A DNA stretch of 64,000 bases from Eledone cirrhosa (Eukaryota), in the NCBI GenBank assembly GCA_964016885.1, contig OZ024741.1, positions 211,978,001 to 212,042,000 of the forward strand, in the 5' to 3' direction. Numbering within the stretch: the first letter of the stretch is position 1; each line of letters opens with the position of its first letter. The notes below the pieces were generated by a model. The model was given only the letters and a program-made list of their open reading frames with translations, was not told the DNA's origin and searched no databases. This document shows, one piece after another, positions 55,401 to 64,000 of the stretch. A program made the position numbers and the translations under genes.

Positions 55401-58117
55401 CCCTATTATGCTTGAACCACTCAGTTAATTCCGTCTTAGGAGGTGGTGCGTTAGCAATTCTTTCGACACCTCTTCTAGTGTCCTGAAAACAGACCATTTC
55501 CCTATTCTCTAAGTGAACCGTCAGTTTCTGAACGCTGGGTTGCGTTCATTGAGATGAAAATCGAACAATCTCCAGCAAGCTTCGCTAGATCCAATCCTGG
55601 AACCTGCCAACTTCATCTCCTTGGTTCGCTTCCTCATTGATCATTGCCCGATCATGACCTTTGTAAATATATTTGAATAGATATTTGGAAGCTTTCACTG
55701 AGCTACAAATTTCTACATTAATATGACAACGATATTTCATAATCAAATATGGATTGTATGGCACAACCCATTGATTTGTAACCTGTCGACCGTTTATATT
55801 TTCGACCAAACCGCCATCGGCAGGCGACCGTCTTCTGTATGAGGGATGAGCATCCCCATCGTTCCAGGAAGTGTTCGTGACAAAAGATTTCTGAAAGTGC
55901 TTACTGCATTGGCCATTTTTCATGCAAGGCGCTTTCCGATTTGCCACTCCGCATTGGTTGTGCACCATTGACTTTAGTGCCTCATTCTCCGGCAGTTCAG
56001 CACACACAATGCTGTCGACATCTTCAGCACATCTCAATTTGCAATCTCTATGTAAAATGATCAGCAAATGTGCATGTGCCAATCCTCTTTTTTGGAATTC
56101 AATTACGTATGTAAAAGCAACTATACCTCCAAAGATTCCCTCTTTTTCCACATCATCCATTATCTTTTTCAGATATCCTTTGAATACTCTTGCCACGATA
56201 TCAGGAAGGTCCTTTGGCTGTTGTCCTAGCAAAAGTGCATCCTTAATATCAGTCCATTCAGGATTGCATGTAACCGTTATAAACAAATCTGGCTTTCCAA
56301 ACTTTCTGACAATAGCAATTGCATCCTGATAGCGAATGTTCATATATCTCGGGCCGCCGATGAACGACGATGGCAAAATGATGCGTCGACCAATTTGCTT
56401 GTAATTGGTATCATCGGCTGTTATCGCATCCTGTATATTATTATACAATTCAGCTCTGATATGTTGCTGATGTGTAGCTATATAATTTAGCCTTTGATTT
56501 TCGATCTTTCGAATGCCATACAACAGTATTCCTGGAACAATCTGCTAGCTTGAAATAGCGCATTTCTCTGTTGATTCCTCTCGTTCAGATCGAACGCGTA
56601 AAAGTCGCGAATCGAATTATTGTGTCTATTGCCACCTCCCTGTTGATGTTGATTCTCATGATCAACTAAATGAACAGACGTGTTCACCTTTTGGGAATAA
56701 AAGAACATAATGCAATGGATCGTGTGCCCTTTTCATTCATTGATAGTCTTGAGATCACCATCTCTGCGATTGAGGACGATATCTCTCGATCCAGGCTTAT
56801 CGTCCATCAACACCCCAACTTCACGAAATCCTTCAGGGGCATTATATCGCCGTTCGTATTGATTCCTTGGCACTGCGTCAGCCTTAATCACCAATGTTTG
56901 CTGCTGAACATTTTGCAGTTCAGCCACCAACATGAAATCCATAACATAAAGATTACACTGTCTAAGCCATGATTGCAAATCACGGATCAAATCACTTAAC
57001 CTTCGCCGTTCAAGTTCAGTTATATTTCCCGGCAACTTCATCCAACCGATCCTGATATCCTCCCTCGATTCACTATAATCTGGATCGTTAACGTAAATTT
57101 GAGCGAATCGAGGCCTCTCTCCTGGGGTAACTTCTAAATTACCGATACAATGATACAAACGGCCTTGAATGACTACATTCGGTTGCCATGCTCCACTCTC
57201 AAACATCTCCCTAACTCTCTGCGATGCTAAAGCTAATGAATTGTTAATTTGCCGCGAATATTTGCGCAGTAATCTACATCGGTCTCCTTGATCACCCCAC
57301 ATACTTAGTATTTTGAACTCCGGTGACTCCTCATCATCCGGCATTCGCAAGGGTTCTAGTTGAATTGCGCCTTTATGACAGCACATTGTGGTCCACGTCT
57401 TTTCGTGCCTCCAAAGCAATGCTCCACAATGTGGACACTCTGCTCGTCCACCAATCTGAAAATGACACGGTTGCCATGATCCATTTTTAATATCATTCGT
57501 TCGCCTTCTAGCCTCTTTACTGGAATGAGGAGGACTTTCGCGACACTTTCTCGGAACTTCTGTATTGCGCTGGCGCTGTTCAGCCAGCTCCTCCTCATCC
57601 ATCGCAGCACGCCGTTGTGGCTGAATTCCGGCCATCTGCTGATGATGCTCAGCCAGTTCGTCTTCAACCATCGCAGCACGCCGTCGCTGGTTGGCTCCAG
57701 TGTTTCGTTGGCGTTGTTCAGTCAGCTCCTCTTCATTCATGGCGGCGCGTCTTCGCCTCTGAAGTTCGGCGTTCCGATGGCGCTGTTCGGCCCGTTTTTC
57801 TTCATTCCTGGCTGCACGCCGTCGCCGCTGTAGTTCACTGTTTGATAAATTCGAATTGCTTTTACTTTCTGTGGAACGCTGCACGCAAACATACACAGAT
57901 AAACATACGCGGACGTACATACACACGCATAATAGTTACAGCGTTCACTTTGCCTCTCTGTTTCTTACTCTCCCCTCTAACTCCCTCATTGGCATTGTGC
58001 ATATTAATCTAAGTTTGGCGTCGTTGAGGTGGGCGAAGTCGTTTAAAAACTATGAACCAATGATAATCGAGAATTATAACACACGGAATACTGACATTGT
58101 TGAAATTAATATATAGA
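52491..58117 (-). mobile_element. Autonomous-type Helitron, disrupted
   Basis: 5' end A|TCTATATATTAA and 3' end tacccgggcgaagctgggta hairpin + CAGCTAG|T, with RepHel coding sequence between. Confidence 0.95.
53336..57926 (-). pseudogene. Helitron Rep/helicase (HUH-Y2 nuclease + PIF1-like SF1 helicase)
   Basis: CPHCGA..CC Zn motif; PDLFITVTCNP, VIEFQKRGLAHAH, KYLFKYIYKG; [28 protein letters not shown]. Split over at least 7 ORFs. Confidence 0.97.
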
Positions 58118-58128
58118 TGTGTATGTGC

Positions 58129-58180
<52 letters not shown>

Positions 58181-58279
58181 ACATATATCTTTGTGGGAGT
58201 GTGTGTGTGTTTATATATATACATATATGTGTGTGCACATAATATATACATGTAATATGTATGTACAACATCACTGACA

Positions 58280-59565
58280 CCCCCCCCCCCCCAACCATAC
58301 GCGCACGAACACACACACCCTCTTACACCACCCACTCTACACACCCTACCACCACTGACCCCCCAACTCAAACCCGCATTCAACACTTTCTCCACCTCCA
58401 GTATACTAACACCCCCTTCACCACACACACACTCATCCAAACACGCACACACACACCAGTACACTACACTCCCTCAATCGACCCCCACACCCTTCTCTCC
58501 CCGCTCCACCCACACCCTTTCTCAAACACACACACATGCCACTAACACCTCTACTAATACACACACACCCCCTCCTCACTCCAACTTTCACACCTACCCA
58601 TCCTCTCCCCTGTCCACCGCACCTCCGCACACACTGAGACACCGACTTTCTTCACCTACCATTCAACCCTACTGCTGCTATGCTTCTCTGACCACCTCCC
58701 CGCACACACAGACACACAACCCTCCTCCTGCCTTGACCCTCTGACCACTTCCTGTTGCGCGCGCACCCCACAGCTCCCCTCTTCCGACCAATTTCTTCAC
58801 GGATTACACATATGTGAACCTTGATCCTGAGAATCTACCGCATCCCAAGAATTTTACTCAGCATTCCACCACATCCTTTTACGGAATTACCTTTACGACT
58901 CACCCCCGGACATACAACCAAAAAAATGTTTCCCCACACGCCACCTACATCCACAACACGCATAAACACCACACACACACGTGCGTACCACCACATATTT
59001 ACACATTCAGCCTCCGGAATCCTAGCCCCCCACCTCTCTATCCACAAACGCAGACACACTCCGACCTACACCCCATCCCACACGCACCTCTTCCTGAACA
59101 TGCAACCCCGTTCTTCCCCCAACCCTTGCTTTCACACACACACACACACACACACACGTACACCTACACACACACACACACACACACACGTACACCTACA
59201 CACACACACCACCTTCAGCCCTCCCCGCTCGGACACCCCGTCTCCCTCTCCCCACTCCACCCACCACCACCCCTACACGCCCCACACCCTTCCACCACCT
59301 GTTTTACTCCATTTTAATTTTATTTTGATCATGCCTTTATATTTAATTTCATTTGCACCGTTTCCTCTCACCCCCTTTTTGCTATATGTCTCTCCACCAC
59401 TCCCCTACACACCCTTGGAACTCTCTTCCCACACACTTTTCACCTGAAGAAGGGCTTATGCCCGAAACGTCGTTCCCCACCACCACCCCGCTCTCAAGAG
59501 CGTGAAACTAATAAACATTTGTTCGTACTGCCTCTCTGTTTTGTTCCCGTTTAATTTTTTACTAT
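58280..59565 (+). mobile_element. Penelope-like 3' end/pLTR fragment with a minimal HHR at 59441-59473
   Basis: cac-CTGAAGA-agggc(ttat)gccc-GAAA-cg-TC-gt, then AATAAA and (TA)n. Homologous to 27780-28610. Confidence 0.72.
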
Positions 59566-59658
59566 ATATATATATATATATGTTTGTGTGTATAAATATA
59601 TGTGCATATATATATACATATATGTGCAAACATGTACACACACACACACACACACACA

Positions 59659-59765
<107 letters not shown>

Positions 59766-59855
59766 GGATAGATACATATATATCTAAGTAGAGAACCTTC
59801 TAAAATCCCAAAAGACATCAAGATTACAAGAAAATAATAATAATAATAATAATAA

Positions 59856-62800
59856 TGTTTTCTTTATTAACCACAAGGGTTTACATAAAGTAGACATTAA
59901 GGACAGTACAGGACAATACAGGACGGTACAAATGGGCATTTCTGCGTGTAAAATTAACAGAGGATGAAATAAAATAACAAAGAAAAATTCCCCAATAGGG
60001 GGGAGACTTCCGAGGGACATTTGTGGAGAAAGCCCATTAAAAGACCACAGTGGCCCTGACCACCAGGGCAAGTGCCCTCTCCCAGTTTTCCACCTTTAAT
60101 TTACAGACACACACTCAGAGAAGGCCCATTCATTCGGGCCATACTTGCTTCTCTCACCCATCTTTCAACAAAATGCTGGGAAGAGAGCACTTCCCTCTCT
60201 ACCCTGATTTTCCTTTTCAGATGAAATTTGAAAAAGTTAATCAGGGCATCACCGAAGAGGTAAGTGCTCGTCTTCAGCCCTTTCAAACGTGTCCACCATA
60301 CTATCTCTTTCGCCATGGCCACCAGACAGATAAAAACTGCCTGCCCTTCCCGGCTAAAGGAAGAGGGCGGGGCAATCCTCACGATGGACTCAGCTGATAG
60401 TTGGATCCGTCCTACACGTGACAGCAGGTGTTCGACATAAACCCACAAGTCAGCAATGCTCGGACACTGGACGAGTGCGTGCAGGACGGTTTCGTCGCCC
60501 TGTGCGCATCTCGGACATGCCCGGCTGACGGCACCTCCATGCCTGTAAAGTTTATCCCGAACTGGCAGAGCACCCCGGTAGCACTGCCAGGCCAGGGATT
60601 TCTGGAAGTTGTCCATAGGCCCCGGCCCGAAAGTCCTTCCGAAGAGATTGGCTAGTTGATTTTCATCGACGCCTAGATTTTCTCCAAGTACGTCGTCGCT
60701 CTTCCCCTCCACTAATCCCCTATAGAACGCCAAGGTGGAGTTTCCACCGATCACATTGCCCGATTGGTCGAGGGCTGTGAGCGCCTGAAGACATTCCAGT
60801 CTCCAAGCGCTCCCTCTCGGTCTTCGCTTGACCCAGGACTGCAGCTCCGTCAAGGAGACGAGCTGGGGAAAAACGCGTCTAGCAAACGGCGACCACACCT
60901 GATCACCGTCGAGGAAGAGGTGGAGATGTCGTAGCCTGAGCGCGTGTCTGCGCATCATCAGCCACGGCATGCCCAGCCCTCCACGTAGCGGGTGTTGACA
61001 GCAGATGGACCGCCTGACCATCGGAGCGCGTCCCTTCCACAAGAAGCGAAAGAGCAAACGCTCCAGCGCAGTCAGGCGGGGCTTAGGACAAGGTACGACG
61101 GTCACGCGGTAGTAGATGACGGACGCGATGTACGCGTTAGCCACCTCCGCTCGACCTTTCAGGGATAGCTTCCTCTCGGCCCATTTCTGGGTGAGAGAAG
61201 CCACCCTGCTCGTCACCTCGTCCCAGTTTTTGTCCGTCTGGAGGTCTGGACCGAACCAGACCCCTAGCAATTTAACCGGTCCGTCTGTCCAGCGCCCGAC
61301 GACGCTGTTGGACGGCATGGACCTGCCTCTCCAGGTGCCGAGCTGCAGGCCCACTGACTTTTCCTGGTTGATCATTGCTCCTGTCACCGCTTTGTATTCT
61401 CTTAGTGTAGTGCCGATCGCCTCGATGTGTTTGGCGTTCGACACCACTACGGTGACATCGTCGGCATATGCTGACACGGATCTTCCGCATCCTAGTTTGC
61501 GCGGGATCCCCCTCAACGTCTCCAGTTTGTGCAGTAATGGCTCGAGAGTCAATACGTACAATAGGGACGAGAGGGGACATCCTTGGCGGACCGAGCGCAT
61601 GATGTTGAACGGTTCCGACAGATGTTGAACGGTTCCACAGAGCAGATGTTGCTGTACATGGCAGCGATCCAGCCTCTGAAGACGGGCCCAAAGCCAGCCG
61701 CCCTCAGGACTGCCTCTAGGTAACGATGGTCGACCCTATCGAAGGCTTTCGACTGATCTAAATTGATCAAAGACCCACCCGTGCCAGGTTCCCTAGCTAC
61801 CCTCTCTACGATGTATCGCATGAGGTGGAGGTTGTCGTGGATGGATCTGTCGGGAATGGCGCATGTCTGTGCCTCTCCCACCAGACCACCAACGACAAGC
61901 GCCAACCTCTTTGCTAGCACCTTGGCCAAAATCTTGAACTCTGTGTTTAGCAGAGTTATGGGCCTAAAATTATCTATGTTATCCCCCTTGTTCGGATCCT
62001 TTCTCAGCAGCGCCACCGCTCCTCGGCTCACGGAGCTGGGAATTCTTCCGCTCTGTTGCCAGTTGCAGTAGACGTCCGCCAAGAGGCCTCCGAACAAGTT
62101 TGGCATTTGTACGTAAAGTTCATAGGGCAGACCATCCAAACCAGGCGATTTACCCCTTGTGCAACTAGTCATTGCATCCCGTACTTCAGCGGTTGTTATC
62201 GGCTTTTCGCAACACTCCGCCTCAGTGGCCGAAAGCCGCGGCAGTCCGTCGAGGTAGACACTAGAGTCCATCCATCGATCCGGCCCGCCGCTGCCCCCGA
62301 ACAGTTGAGCGAAGTGTCGCTGAAAAGCTTCACACATTTGCCCGGGATCGAGTAGCATGCGCCAAAGACCGGATCGTGGCCTTGTTGCCACGACGTGCCT
62401 CCGCCACTCGGGCCCATTGAACGGCTTTTGTCCCCTCGTGTCTGAGAGCACGCACCCTAGCTCTGACAACGCAGCCTTCGTGCTTTGCATTGAAGAATTG
62501 GTCAAGGGCCAATTTCGCCGCAAGTACGTCGGTCGCGATGCCTTTGCTAAGCGCCTCATCTAATTTTCTAACTAATTCTCCCTCTGCACTATTTTTCTCT
62601 ATTGCTAAAGTCTTACTAAACCTAATGGACTCTATTCTAATTGCTCTTTTCAGAGCAAACCACCACTTGTTGTTGACGATGGCCCCCGTCAACGCCCGCT
62701 TAACTAGTTCGCTAATCCGGTCTCTGTAGGCCTTGCGCGCTGGTAAGGACGCGTTTAGCTTCCAGTAGCCGGGTCCTCGTCTATGAAGCCTATCTAAGTC

Positions 62801-64000
62801 AAGCACACAGATCACGAATTTGTGGTCCGTGTAGCTGACTATCTTGAATTGTGGACAGCCTATGCTAGACCTATCTATTTCCCTACAAAATACTCTATCT
62901 AGATATGATCTGGATGACCCTATGCGATTTGTGCAAGTCCACATTGGTACATTCGGGAAATCCATTCGGTACCTGTCAGACAGTTCAAAACGTCTGAGCA
63001 GGTTGGTGAGACTCTTGCACCCTCCTTCCCTATCCACTAATCCCACACAATCCCAGCGTGCATCTAAGATCCCGTTCCAGTCGCCCACTAACACTAAAGA
63101 GCGGGACGTTCCAAGAAAGGTCTCCAGACGCCGGAAGAAATCAGGCCGCCCTGCTCCTGTCGGGGCATAGACGGCCACTAACCTGAAAGTTTGCTCGTCT
63201 CCGCTGGTCACGTCCAGCACCACCAACTTACCTTCTGGGTCCAGGAAGATGGCCCGTATGGCAAGATCCAAACCTCTCCGAAAAAGCACAGCAACTCCAC
63301 CCCCCGATCCCGGACGGCTGGGAGATGCGTACACATCGTAGCCGCCGAAGATCGGTGCGAAAGCCTGTGTTTCGGAGATTCTGGTCTCGCTGATCTATGT
63401 TTAGTGACCTGAGGTCGTTGAGCAGGTGGCCCTGCTTCCATGACGACCCCAAGCCACGCGCATTTATGCTGCCTATTCTGAGTGAGGTCATGTTGAAAAG
63501 GAGTGGAAAAGATGGGAAAGACCACTTACCTTACTTCTCGTAGGGGAAGGACGGTTTTTCCATCCTTTTCACTGCTTGTGGCCACCTCAGGAAGGATGTC
63601 CTTATAAATCCTCCTGGAGAGTGCTTGTCGGAAGTCTCCGATGTCTTTGGGGAATTTTTGTTTTAGTGTCATGTACGTTTTCTGTGTGATGCGAGTGATT
63701 TGTATGTGTTGAGGTGGTGTGAATTTTGGGGTTGTTGTGTAGTCTTTTTCTGTGATGCTGGTGTTGTGTTGGATGTAGTGTAATAATTGCTTGTTGTTCA
63801 AATTTAATGCTGTGTAGTGTGTATCGTTTTGGTTGTTTTGTTTTGTTTGCGTTTGTTGTGGGTTTGTTTCTGTTTCGCATTTTGGTGACTTTTGTAGTGT
63901 AGGTGATGGTGGTGTTGGAGTTAATGATGGTGAGGGTGTTGGTGTTTGGGTTGATGGGGTTGGTGATTCTGGTGTGGATGGTGGCATATCTGTCCTAACT
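59856..64000 (-). mobile_element. Tx1-clade LINE, continuing beyond the window
   Basis: ORF1 C-terminus at 63526-64000 and ORF2 at 60101-63491. 3' end TAATAAAGAAAACA followed by (ATT)n. Confidence 0.95.
60101..63491 (-). pseudogene. Tx1 ORF2 endonuclease/reverse transcriptase
   Basis: MTSLRIGSINARGL, GDWN, SYLDR, TDHK, FRPITLLN, DQSKAFDRV, RQGCPLS, YADDV, CPRC...HALVQC. About 3 frameshifts. Confidence 0.96.

Overview
Eukaryotic, AT-rich, repeat-saturated animal DNA with no host exon I can support. The tRNA-SINE families and (TA)n/(TACA)n density fit an octopus-like cephalopod genome (inference from recalled consensus, not a search). Most ORFs in the track are microsatellite artefacts. All recognisable coding relics come from transposons: a disrupted autonomous-type Helitron (52491-58117, -), two large Tx1-clade LINEs (43444-49236 +; 59856->64000 -) plus a Tx1 relic, a 5'-truncated Penelope-like GIY-YIG element of Naiad type (about 12060-14560, -), and R4/Dong-like, CRE-like and RTE-like fragments. 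Non-coding repeats include two non-autonomous Helitrons, hAT and Tc1-like MITEs, tandem SINE arrays and minisatellites. The main hidden signal is about 15-18 type-I hammerhead ribozyme (HHR) motifs, folded by hand. They lie in short, mutually unrelated non-coding elements inserted in (TA)n tracts, usually as inverted or partial tandem repeats whose duplicated arm lies 3' of the predicted cleavage site. Three unrelated families carry the compensatory U3-A8 core instead of C3-G8, and others carry C4 or A4. One HHR segment is shared by two Helitrons. HHRs in Penelope pseudo-LTRs and retrozymes are known; the variant cores, density, geometry and Helitron capture are the points worth testing.
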